From the human T2T-CHM13v2.0 reference genome, Homo sapiens, in the NCBI RefSeq assembly GCF_009914755.1, contig NC_060925.1: a stretch of 64,000 bases of DNA; one strand, given 5' to 3'. The translations under genes were made by a program, and so were the position numbers. Positions 15,006-27,130 of this stretch are shown in pieces. Below the pieces are notes generated by a model. The model saw only the letters and a program-made list of their open reading frames with translations, had not been told where the DNA came from and made no database searches. The stretch's first letter is position 1. Every line of letters starts with the position of its first letter.

Positions 15006-15914
15006 TTGAAGATGAATGAATGACAGTGGAGGAAAACAGAAAAAGGCAATCCTTACAAAGGAAAGAACATATTTAAAGGCACCTGGAGAAATGCAAGGTA
15101 GCATGGATGGTTTAAGTTAGGAAGCTGGGAAAGGCATACAGGAAACATGCAAAAAAGATTTTGCATATCAGACAAAAATGTTTGAATTTTATTCTGAAGG
15201 CAATAGAGAACATATATCAATTAAAAATGGAAGGAACAATCAAATGCCCAAATTCAGTGGCTAAAATAAATACGAGTATATGATTTTAACTGATAAAAAA
15301 TCTACCAGAAGGATGGCTGCTGGCATTGGTTCTGCAATTTATCATACAAGGTATCATGCCACTGCCACCTCTTGGTTTCCCTATGGCCTTAAGAAGTCTG
15401 TGAAGGATCCAGGTACCTTGCTCTGTTCGACAGTGGGACAAACAGGAAGAGGAAAAACAGCAGTACTCTTCTTTTTTATGCCATGTCTCTTCACATTTGT
15501 GAAGAAAGCAAATGTTTCTTAACACCCACCCAGTAGAATTCTGTTGTAGATAACTTTTATAGTCCCTATGGTAGAAGCAAGCAAGGGAAATGCAAGTAGG
15601 AAGAGAGGTTAGGTAAGTTACCCTATGATGCCCACAAAGGATTCCAAGGACATGTATGACAGGATTATTACGAGGGGAGGAAATTCTGTAAATGGAGTAG
15701 TTTGGATATGCTATTGAATAATGCAGATAAGATAAGAGGAATGCCTAGAATAAAGAAAGATTGTAATAGTGTTAGTAGGAATTCAAATAAATCGAATAAA
15801 CAAGAGATGTGGAATAATATGCCAAGGACTTGGAAATTGGTATGATTCAGTTGCTATGGAATGTCACAAGTTTTAAAAGGTTAGAGAAAATTGACAAGTG
15901 CTTCATTGATTTGC

Positions 15915-16100
15915 ATGTACATCCTCATTCTCATTTGTATATCACTGATATAGGACAGGCATGATTATTCCCATTTCAGAGATTCAGAAACCAATGTTCA
16001 GAGAGATCAAAAAGGATTTGCTTTAAAAAAAAAATCCCATAGCTAGTAATTTTTAGAACTAGGGCTCAAATCCAAGGTTTCAGATGATTAACTTAATTGT
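15915..16100 (-). mobile_element. MIR SINE
   Basis: 'attattcccatttcagagattcagaaaccaatgttcagagagatcaa...cccatagctagtaat...agaactagggctcaaatccaagg'. Confidence 0.65.
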
Positions 16101-16409
16101 GCTTGTTCTCTGAATGTATAATTTAGTAGAGCTCTAATGAATAATTTTTTATTATCCAAATCATCAAGCACTAGAATTAGTCAGCAAAGGTATATGTGCT
16201 TCTATAAAGCCTTATGGCTTTGTGTGAATACAAAATTGATCCTCATAGCAACTATGAGCAGAAATAAAGAGAATGAGGGGGAAGAAAAATGATGGTATAG
16301 AGCAGAATGTATAGGATGAGTAAAAGCTCATATTCAGGTTCAAAGATTTTAACATTTCAATAATTGTTATACTTTATTTGATTGCATGCCCTGTATTCAA
16401 ATATTTATG

Positions 16410-16463
16410 TTTTATTTATATGGTAACAAGTATTATATTTTATTTATATGGTAACAAGTATTA
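16410..16463. repeat. Perfect tandem duplication, 26-bp unit, 28-bp period
   Basis: ttttatttatatggtaacaagtatta at 16410-16435 and 16438-16463. Confidence 0.95.
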
Positions 16464-16531
16464 ACGTCATAATGTATATCAGGCATGTAGATCTTGGGTT
16501 TAGAAAAATGAATATGATACAATACTTTGAT

Positions 16532-17852
16532 CAAAATTAGAATTAGAATTAGAAAAATATACCCATCATAAAAACAACCCTCCAAAGTTGTTATAAAAGT
16601 GCTCACCAATGCAATTTCATAAGAAAATAAAGAAATGAAAAATATTAGAGCAGAGGTGGCAATATACTTATTATTTAGTTTAGCAGATAATATATAACTA
16701 TTCTTCTAAGAAAGCACATAGGAATAAATTTCAAAAGTGTTCTGTTAGTAAGATTAGTCAATAAATTATCTAGTTAAAAAAGCAAATATGCAAAATCAAT
16801 AGCTATCCCCTTGATATGGTTTGGCTGTGTCCGCACCCAAATCTCATCCTGAATTCCCAGGTGTTGTGAGAGGAGCTTGGTGGGAGGTGATTGAATTATG
16901 GGGACAGGTCTTTCCCATGCTGTTCTCATGATAGTGAATAAGTCACACTAGATCTGATGGCTTTAAAATGGGAGTTTCCCTGCACAAGCTCTCTCTTTGC
17001 CTGCTGCCATCCATGTAAGATGTGACTTGCTCCTCCTTGCCTTCTGTCACGATTGTGAACCTCCCGAGCTATGTGGAACTGTAAGTCTAATTAAACCTCC
17101 TTCCTTTGCAAATCACCCAGTCTTGGGTAAGTCTTTATCAGCAGTGTGAAAACTAACTAATACACCCCTATAGAGAAAATTATTACTAGCTAGAACTTAC
17201 AATAGAAAAATAGATCACTTTCTATAGAAACAGCAATTATCTTACACCTAGAATTAACTCTAGTCAGAAATGTAAAAACTACATGATGAAATCTTTAAAA
17301 CTTTACTGGAGACATGAAGTCTTGAACTAATGAGAATACCAATGTGTACTATGTTTTAAGGAATTACTCCATATTTTAACTCTAAGAGATAAAAATGAAG
17401 AATAGAGGATGAGGACGCTCACATTTGCTAAGGCAAATCAGGAAGGGAAGACTTCTTAAAAGAAATAAGGCTCGAATTGAGAATTGAAAAATATGAGTTT
17501 CCCAAGTATAGGAGGTAGAAGGAATATCAGAGAGAAGAACCAGCTTATATAAAGCAAAGTTATCTCAAAAAGCACTATGTGTTCGAGGAATAACAATTAA
17601 TTGGCCATGGATGAAACAGAGTAACTGGAAGAGAAATGTGGGAAGAATCTTGTATTTATACTTGTTGGGGAGAAAAGAGTATGCAAATCATAAATGCCAT
17701 GAAAATACAATATTGTTCAGTTTTCCACATATTTTGGTTAATTTTTAGGTATTAGCTAACTATTAAAGAATTAGCATATAAACATGTTCTAGAATGTTGA
17801 TGTATGTAATAATTAAAATTATACATATTTCTACCATTCTCCAGTGGGGATT
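16532..17852 (+). repeat. Inverted duplication, left arm (old L1 ORF2 + L2 + unique sequence; interrupted by THE1 LTR)
   Basis: Reverse complement aligns colinearly with 18866-19820 at roughly 90% identity by hand once the LTR is removed. Confidence 0.97.
16812..17164 (+). mobile_element. THE1 (probably THE1A) MaLR solo LTR
   Basis: Starts tgatatggtttggctgtgtcc, ends ctaataca (353 bp); perfect 5-bp TSD CCCCT at 16807-16811 and 17165-17169. Confidence 0.95.
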
Positions 17853-18865
17853 TATAAAATATTTTACATGATAATATTTGGCATTATGTCTCAATAACAA
17901 AATGTTGAATTCATTGCTAAAGTCAAAGCTTTCCAGAATTACATCTGAGAAATAAGACACTGTTAACTTGTTAAAATAGTATTAAGCATTAAGCCTCTCA
18001 TAAAGTTAATTTAAAAATGTTTGCTTTGTGTATGAAGGAAAATTCATTTTAAAAGTTCTACCTCCTTTATAGTTAGTAACATAATAAGAGACAGTGTTAG
18101 GTAAATAGCAAATTCCTTTAGAATATAAATAATTCTTGAGTTATTGAGACTTAATATTTTTATAACATGAATTCTGTAGAAATTGCTTTGTAGAGAACAG
18201 AAACTTAGTATAATAAACTAAACTTGAAATGCCTGAAAATAGGTCAAAGCAAACTTCAGTAGTATTAATATGTCTGACAACATATTAATGAGAAGGATTC
18301 ATATAAATCTTTCCTATGTGTCCTTAAATTTGTTGCCAAAAATATTAAAATATTTTTAGTTTTTATTAAATATTTGTATTTATCCTTATTAAGTCAGAAA
18401 AAGCAAATGTCACATAGAAAAGGTAAACAGATGAAGATGTATAATCAAATATGCATACAGATTTGTATAAAGATTTAATATGTTTCTTTTTAAAGCCAAA
18501 ATTTCTATAATTTCACTAGAACCCTTTGTTGGCTTTCATCCCAGTTGCTACACAGCATACATCACATCATTATTCTCTGCCTTTTTTCTCATTAACTTTC
18601 TATGTTTTTGGTTTGCATATACATGGAATTCATGTATATCCAGCACTTTATGCTATGCCATGAGTTGTTTCTTTTCTTTGACTCTATGTGCCTCAGAGAA
18701 CAGGGTAGATCTACTGTTCCACTTCCCATAATATCCAATCTAAGGAAATGCAAAATGCTGGAAGTTCTAACCTACCCCTTTAGGAGAGGAGATTTTCATT
18801 GAGTTTTCTGGTAATTCCATCCTAAACACAGAATACCATTTTCTTTCTTCATTTAGAAGCAGCCT

Positions 18866-19820
18866 AATCCCCATTGGAGAATGGTAGAAATATGTATAAT
18901 TTTAATTATTAAAATATACTTCAACATTCTAGAACATGTTATATGCTAATTCTTTAAGAGTGAGCTAATACCTAAAAATTAACCAAAATATGTGGAAAAT
19001 TGAATGATGTTGTATTTTCATGGCATGGCTTGCATATTCTTTTCTCCCCAACAAAGATAAATACCAGATTCTTAGTTCCCACATTTCTCTTCCAGCTACT
19101 CTATGTTCCACCCATGGCTAATTGTTATTCTTTGAACACATAGTGCTCTTTGAGATAACTTTGCCTTATATAAGCTATCTTTTCTTTCTGATATTCCTTC
19201 TGCCTTCTATACTTGGGAAACTCATATTTTTCAATTCTCAATTCAAGGCTCATTTCTTTTAAGAAGTCTTCTCTTCCTGATTTGCATTAGCAAATGTGAG
19301 CTGCTTATCTTCTTTTCTTCATTTCTATCTCTTAGAGTTAAAATATGGAGTAATTTCTTAAAACATAGTACACATTGGTATCTCATTAGTTCAAGACTTC
19401 CTTTATGGCTCCAGTAAAGTTTTAAAGATTTCATCATAGAGTTTTTACATTTCTGACTAGAGTTAATTCTAGGTGTAAGATAATTGCTGTTTCTATAGAA
19501 AGTGATCTATTTTTCTATTGTAAGTTCTAGCTAGTAATAATTGTCTCAATAAGGGATAGCTATTGATTTTGCATATTTGCTTTTTTAACTAGATAACTTA
19601 TTGACTAATCTTACTAACTTAACATTTTTGAAGTTTATTCATATCTGCTTTCTTTGAATAATTATATACTATCTGCTAAAAATAAAAATAATAAATGTAT
19701 TGCCACCTCTGTTCTAATATTTTTCATTTATTTTCTTATCAAATTGCATTGGTGAGCACTTTTATAACAACTTTAGAGGGTTGCTTTTATAATGGGTATA
19801 TTTTTCTAATTCTAATCTTG
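18866..19820 (-). repeat. Inverted duplication, right arm (LTR-free)
   Basis: Reverse complement of the left arm; carries the empty THE1 site (RC agctatcccttattgagacaattattac). Confidence 0.97.
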
Positions 19821-20074
19821 TGGTAGTGTTTCTAAGGTTTTACCAGTGGAAAATGGTTATTGATTCAGAATATATATTATATACTGAATATTACTGCATA
19901 CTCTTTCTCATATTAAAATAATGTGCTTTTTTCTCTTTCAATCTATTAGTAAACGACACTTCATGATGCTTTTTAAGCTGATGGTGATGTTAAAAAATTG
20001 TTTTATCTTCTTTAGAATAAGTAATGGAAATAACATTTTGAAAAAATTTAATTTTTATATATATTTCCTGAAAA

Positions 20075-21068
20075 ACTTTTTCCTCAACTGTTTAAGTTCT
20101 GGGGTACATGTGCAGGATGTGCAGGTTTGTTACATAGGTAAACTTGTGCCATGGTGGTTTGCTGCACCTTTCAACCCATTATCTAGGTATTAAGCTCAGC
20201 ATGCATTAGCTATCTTTCCTGATGCTCTCCACCTCCCCACCCTCCCCCAGCAGGTCCCACTGTGTATTGTTCCCCTCCCTGTGTCCATGTGTTCTCATTG
20301 TTCAGCTCCAACTTATAAGTGAGAACATGCAGTGTTTTGTTTTCTGTTCCTGTGTTTGCTGAGGATGTTTACTGAGTTTGCTGAGAATAATGGCTCCCAG
20401 CTTCATCCATGTCCCTGCAAAAGGACATGATCTCATTCCCTTTTATGGCTGCGTAATATTCCATGGTGTATGTGTACCACATTTTCTTTATCCAGTCTAT
20501 CATTGATGGGCATTTGGGTTAATTCCATGTCTTCACTACTATGAATAGTGCTGCAATGAACATATGCATACATGTATCTTTATAATAGAATGATTTATAT
20601 TCCTTTGTGTATATATCCAGTAATGGGATTCCTGGGTCAAATGGTATTTCTGGTTCTAAATCTTTGAGGAATCGCCACGCTGTCTCCCAAAATGGCTGAA
20701 CTAATTTACATTTTCACCAACAGTGTAAAAGCATTTCTCCTCAACCTTGCCAGCATCTGTTTTCTCTTAATTTTTTAATAATCGCTATTCTGACTGGCAT
20801 GAGATAGTATTTCATTGTGTGTCAGAGCAAACAGACAACCTGTAGAATGGGAGAGAATGTTAGCAATCTATCCATCTGAAAAAGATCTAATACAAGGAAC
20901 TTACGCAAATTTACAAGAAAAACACAATCAACCCCATTAAAAAGTAGATAAAGGACATGAAGAGACACTTATCAAAAGGAGACATACATGCAAGCCAACA
21001 AACATGAAAAAAAGCTCAGCATCACTGCTCATTAGAGAAATGCAAATCAAAACAACAATGAGATATCA
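20075..21068 (-). mobile_element. L1PA8-like 5'-truncated LINE-1 with 5' inversion
   Basis: Antisense L1PA 3' end at 20075-20819 ('ggggtacatgtgcaggatgtgcaggtttgttacataggtaaac') fused to a sense ORF2 piece at ~20822-21068 that ends where the antisense part begins. Confidence 0.9.
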
Positions 21069-22808
21069 ACTGTTGTTAAGACTATTGAGGCTTACTGCCA
21101 AAGAAAAAAAGAAGTTTCAAAGGTCACAAACTGAAAAGTTTGCACCACCCAAATTAAAAGAAAAGGAATGAGGTAATCTCACCAATAACAAGAAGAGTAT
21201 CTGAGGTCACGCACAAGACAGAGTAAGGAAATTAACAGGGCATAGACCAGGTAGGTCTCCCCTTCCCTCTTGAAAGGCAGAAAAGTGAGATGATTGTTCA
21301 TACTTGGACATGTTTATAGAAAATCCTTAGTGTTCCTCACCTCTTAAAGTATAGAAAAACTTTCCAATCAACATAGTGCCCTTAAGAGATAATTGTTAAA
21401 TGAGGGAGTTAGCCATAGGTGAGTAGAAAAATGACGGTCTTATGGAGTCTTTCACTCTCCATTATGCTTCTAATAACTCAGCTAAAAATCAAACTAAGAT
21501 AATGTAAGGTTGCTGAGCAAATTTGCAGATTGGTCAACTTTGGGTTGGACCAAGATTTTAGGCACCTTGTGACCGAAATCTTTGACAGGAACAAGAGCCA
21601 CTAGAAACTTTACAAAACCACTCAGCATCAGCACCTCTCTTCACACAGATACACACATAACATTATTAAAGGGAAGAGATTTTAAATACCTTTTCAAATG
21701 TTTTAACTCCATTTCTCACCTACTCTACATCTTCTAAATTTTCTTTAGACAACTTCGATTTTATGTCTGTTATTATTCTCAGTTCTTTATTTTACCAGGA
21801 TATGCTTAAGTGTAGGTCTCTTTTTGCTGATTGTTAATGGTTCTCCTAAAGGATGCACACCTAAAGAAAGTTGTCTTTGTTATTATTTTATTATGTGTTA
21901 TTATATTGATAATGTTTCTCTTCTATATGCACTATTGTATCATCATTAGCGAACTCATTATATATTCTTGGGATATATGAATTGGTCTTCCATGTCTTTG
22001 ATTTTTGTTTGTTGTCATCTCCATTTTTTATTATAATTTTCCTTCAGTTCTGGGAGAATTATTGAGCTCAGCTAATTCATTGATTCACTTGTCCTAAGTA
22101 TTCAGTTCTAGTTGATTGTTTTCACTAAGTTCTTTATTTTTAATTTAAAAATACATTTTTATTTAAAATATTTTTTAATCTGAAAAGCCTATTTTGGTAT
22201 TGAAAAATAAATGTTCAATTTATTTTTATAAATAAAATGCCTTCTAAAATCTTGCTGAGAAAACATGTGAGAAGTTTTCTGTTTTTGGAAATCTGCTTCA
22301 TAAAATTAGGAGAGAAGTAGAAAACGACAGCATGTGAGTTTTCCAGAAGGCCTGCCTCCTTTTATTCCAAGTTACTCTTTCTCTTGGTGTTACTTTAAAA
22401 TTTTTCATTGGTTGGTGGTGAAATCTTAATACATTACTCTACAGGTAAACCCCATTGTTTGCATAAGGTGAATAAAATACCATAGATCATTTCTTCAGTC
22501 CGATCCCACCTCCTTATTTCTTACAGAAATGTTTGAAAATATCTTGTCAATTGATTATGGCCTTCTCTGTTTTTCAACAGTGTTTAAAAATGTATGGGTA
22601 TTTTCAGTTGTTTCAGTATATTCAGGGAGGAATGAGCTTGAAATACATAAGCTGAAAGCTTAATCTTAAATCTTAAAACAACAGGCTGAGACACGTTTTG
22701 TAAATACCTTGTTAGAAATGGTTAAACAGAGCTCAGGAATGTTAAACAACATGTCCAAAAACACTCAACTAATGGCTCCATTTTCTTAAAACCTTTTTAC
22801 ATGTTCCA

Positions 22809-24590
22809 TGTCTTGGTCCATTTGTGCTGCTATAACAAAATGCCACAGACCAGGTAATTTATTAGAAACAGAAATTTTTTTGGTCACAGTTCTGAGGCTG
22901 GGTAGTCCAAGACAAAGGCACTGGCAGATCCTTTGGTGAAGGTCTAGTCTTTTTTCTAAGACAGTATCTTAAATATTGCATCCTCCTTCAGACAGGGGGA
23001 ATGCTGTGTACTCACATGGCAGAAGGCAGAAGGGCAAAAGGTATAAATTCCCTCTGTCAAGCTCTTTGATAAGGGGACCCCATTTTTGAGGAGAGAAGCC
23101 CTCATGACCTAATCACCTCTTAAAAGCCCCACCTTTTAATACCATTGCTTTGGCCATGAAGTTCCAACACCTGAGTTTGAGAGAGGACACATTTAAAACT
23201 ATAGCATTCTGCCTCATAAAATTCCTGTCTTTCTCATGTGCAGAGATATACTTGTTCTGTCCCAATAGCCCCCAAAGTCTTAACTTGCTCCAGCATGCAC
23301 TCAAGATGTTCTACCCGGACATCTAAATTAGATATGGGTGACACCCAAGGTACAGTTCATTCTGAGGTAAGTTGCTCTCCAATTATGAACCAGTGAAATC
23401 AATGTCATGCACTTCCAAAATACAAAAATGGGACCAGCACAGGAGAGACAGGACCATTTAGAAAGACAGCAATAGGAAAGAAGAAGTAACAGGTCCTAAG
23501 TAAGTCTAAAAATGAAACAGGAGAAATAACATTAAATCTTGGGCTTGAGAATAATCACTGACTCCATGTCCCACCTTCCAGACACAGCGGAGCATAGGTT
23601 GGGTCCCCAGTGGCCTAGGCAGCCTTGTCCCCATGGCTCTGCTGGGTGCAACACACATAGCAGCTCTCATAGGTTAGTGTTGAGTGCTTGCAGCTCTCCA
23701 AGCCTGGTGTCACATGCTGGTGGCCCTACAATTCTGGAATCTTGGGGGCTTCTCTGCCCCCTTCCCTGTTAGACATTGTCCTTGTGGCTCTCTGCAGCAG
23801 CTCTGCTCCTGCAGCAAGTCACTGCCTGCCCTAAGGCTGTCTGAGATACCCTCTGAAATCTAGGTAAAGGTAGCCATGCCCCCATAGCTCATTCACTCTG
23901 CAAGCCTGCAGAATTAGCACCATATGGACAAACCAGCAAGGCTCACTGCTTGTGTCCTTCAGAGCTGTGGCCCAAGCCATACCTGAGCCCACTTGAGCCT
24001 CAGCTGGTGTGGCTGGGGAGTGCTGTACCAGAATTTGGGGAGAAGAGACTTGAGACAGCCCCAGGCAATGAGCCCCCAGGTCCCATGGGTGTCCTTGGAA
24101 CCTCCCTGGAAACCATTCTGCCTTCCAGGCCCTGGCACTCTGGGCCTGTAATTGGTGTGGCAGCTTCTAAGATCCGTGAAATGTCTGTGGGTCATTCTCC
24201 CATTGTCTTGATGAATAACACCTTGGTCCTTCTATCTCTACTAATCTTATCAAAGGGTCTCTTGAGCACACCCACACCCTTGGTTCTCACTCCTAAACAT
24301 GCTTTTTAAATTCTTTACATGGCTAGACTGAAAATTTCCCAAATTTTTGTGTGCTGCTTCCCTTTTAGTGATAAATTCCAACTTTAAATTGTTCTTGCAT
24401 TTTACTATAAGCAGTTAAGAGAAGCCATACAGCACCTTCAATATTTTGCTGCTTAGAGATTTCTTTCACCAAATATCCGAGTCCATTGCCCTTAAGTTCT
24501 GCCTTCCACAAAGTCCTAAGACACAGATATAGTCCAGCTAAAGTCTTCGCCAATTTATAACAAGAATGAAATTTTATCACCTTTAACAAA
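22809..24590 (-). mobile_element. MLT1A-type MaLR: 3' LTR (22809-23206) plus internal region, 5' LTR absent
   Basis: LTR 'tgtcttggtccatttgtgctgctataacaaaatgccacagac...aaactatagca', followed by a GC-richer MaLR internal sequence ('ggtccccagtggcctaggcagcc', 'ctgaaatctaggtaaaggtagcc'). Confidence 0.85.
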
Positions 24591-24615
24591 TGTTTTTATT
24601 TACCACGCTCCAGAC

Positions 24616-24799
24616 CAATGCTTCTCAAACTTCAGTGCACATAAGAATCATCTGATATTTGATTAAACACAGATTCCTGGCTCCTAACCTTAGAGATTTA
24701 GATTTAGTAAGTCAGGGATGGGACTCAAAGTTCTGTGTTTCTAACAATTCCCCAGGGAGTACTAATGCTATCCAGACACCATACTTTTGAGTAGCATTG
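24616..24799. mobile_element. MER5A hAT-Charlie MITE
   Basis: Termini caatgcttctcaaac...tttgagtagcattg (terminal inverted repeats), ~185 bp. Confidence 0.8.
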
Positions 24800-26058
24800 A
24801 TATAGGTCAGTCATTCCACCTCAGTCTTTGAGAAGAAGGAAAATAATCAGAAGACAAAGAGAAAAAAAGGATAATGCACACAGTACAGCAAATTTTATGT
24901 GTACATATATACCCAACTCTTAGATAGGTGTGGCTTTTTATTTTAGGAGCCTTGTAATGCATCCTCTGTCATTGACAAGCATCTGATAGAGTTTTAATTT
25001 TCTGAGAAGGGAGCAAGGCAAGGTAGGGAGAGCTGGGAGATAAGACAATGGTCTTTAGAGGTAAAATGCTTTTACTCATAAAAAAAATTCGTGTAGTTAG
25101 GACAAACCTTTTTGGCAAATATAAAATTAGCTGGAGTTTAGGAGGTTCAGTGACATGAAGTTCATGTATTTATTTTGTAAAAAGACAGTGATCAATTGTG
25201 TTCCATAAACAAAAAACAAACAAACAAAAAACAAAAAAGCAGTTTCGAAGGCTCTAAGGGGAGACAGATTTGTAGAAGATGCAAAATAGATTGCAGATCA
25301 GGGATGTAGGAGGGTAGAGTGTATAGGAGGTAAGAGGAACCTAAGATGACACATGAATCAAGGGCCATGTTCATGATTTGAAATAGGAAAGAACAATGGA
25401 TGGGGAGTCAGGAGGTAAAATGTTTGTACTTCTAATTTAATCACTTTATAGATACATTGTTTTGGACTAGTCATTTTAAAATCCTTGAGCTCTTAGTTTC
25501 TTCACGTAGAATATAAAGATCTCATTTGACTAGGAAATTTTAGACAGAATTATGTATTGGAGTTGCATGGGGGATTATTTTGAAAGTACTTATGGAAAGG
25601 CTGTTTCAGAAAAATTTGACTCAGTAGATCTAGATAAAGATTTATACGTTGGAAAACTCTCAGGTAGTTCTTTTGTACTCTGGTTTGAGAACCACTGTGC
25701 TCAGTGATAGTTGAGTATTTTTACAAAAACATTGGATTCATTTAGAGTTATTCAAGGATGGAACAAAAATATTCTTAAATATTAGTTAAAATTATTACAC
25801 TATACAGTAATTCAGTAATTATGTACTTATGTGAAATGTAATATTTTAAATCCTAACTTCCACACACTGCTGGTTGTAAGTTTAGCCTAGGTTATGCTCA
25901 CATGACTAGAGGAAAACTCTCAAAATTAAATACTCTATCATTGACTGTTTCATAGATTAAAATATTCTTGTAGAGGACATCCATTGTTTTTGCCTTCCCA
26001 GACCATATAAAACCTTAGCATAAAATGGAACCTCACTTTTTTCCATTCTATAACTACC

Positions 26059-26510
26059 TATATTAGTTTAGGTACTCCAAGAAGTAGACGCCAAAACAGA
26101 GTTAAATGTGCAAGGATTTTATCAGGGAAAATCTATGTGTGAAAGGAAATAGGAAGGGAGCCAGGAACGACTGAGCAAGTCATTAGGTTGCTATGTAAGT
26201 CTGAACACAGAGTGAAGAAAGGAGGGAGCAAATGTTGGGTAGAAGTGTCATATTTTGCTATATAGTGACCAATTCAACAAAGCTGTATAGACCTTCTTAA
26301 GCTATTGTGGGCCAACACAGGAGTTATTTTCCTCCTAGAAATGGGTTTGTCTTGGTATCTCCACCACACTCAGTCGCTTACTGGAAGCAGCCTGTGAGAG
26401 GTGAGAGGCGTAGCCTTGGTACAAATTCAGCAATGGGTTTCAAAGCATAGCAGCTGAGATCCTTTATTAATATAAGCTCTATAGAAAGTCTGCAAAATCT
26501 ATTATCATTA
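26059..26510 (-). mobile_element. ERVL LTR16-family LTR nested in an older MLT1-like LTR (~25970-26945)
   Basis: 'ttagtttaggtactccaagaagtagacgccaaaacagagttaaatgtgcaaggattttatcaggg...ctcagtcgcttactggaagcagcc'. Confidence 0.55.
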
Positions 26511-26959
26511 CTAAAAAACCACCTTCACTCGTTTGTAGCACATAGCTTTATCTGTTCAATCACATGAGACAGTAACCTTTTACCTGGCCCTAGCTCAGAC
26601 AAGTTAGCCCCAAGAATTGACTGAAATTACTAGGGAACATATTTGTTTTCTTTAAAATAGTGATAAAAAAAAAAAAAAAAACTTTAAGCTCAGGGATGTT
26701 TGTGGCTCTTTTTCTCTCTCTGCTACTTCATATAGGTAAACTGGACAGTAAATGAAGCCAAGACAGAAAAAAGTTAGAAGAATGACATTAAAGATAGATT
26801 ATTGATTATATATAGGTTGAATGTTTGAATGCACCTGAATCATTTCATCCTCTTATACTTTCCAGTTATTTACAGTTAAAATTTATTTCAGTTTTTAAAC
26901 CAAAAAGTATGTTTTCTGTTAATTGCAATGAATAGTCTTTTATATAATCCAACATATTT

Positions 26960-27130
26960 ATGTAAATGATTTAATTAAATCTTTACAACAAACTTTGGTG
27001 ATAGATATTGTAATCCTCATTTTACAGATTGGAATAAGGTCCAGAAAGATGAAATGATTTCTCTAAGGTTGTCTAAAGTAGTAAAAAAATTATCTAGGGT
27101 TCAAAATCATAGTTTTTAAATTAAAAGACC
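26960..27130 (-). mobile_element. MIR SINE
   Basis: 'ttaattaaatctttacaacaaac...aatcctcattttacagattggaataaggtccagaaagatgaaatgattt'. Confidence 0.65.

Noticed and set aside
23539-24309. GC-richer ORFs of 77-119 aa
   Set aside because: They lie within the MLT1A internal region, and there is no recognisable protein similarity.
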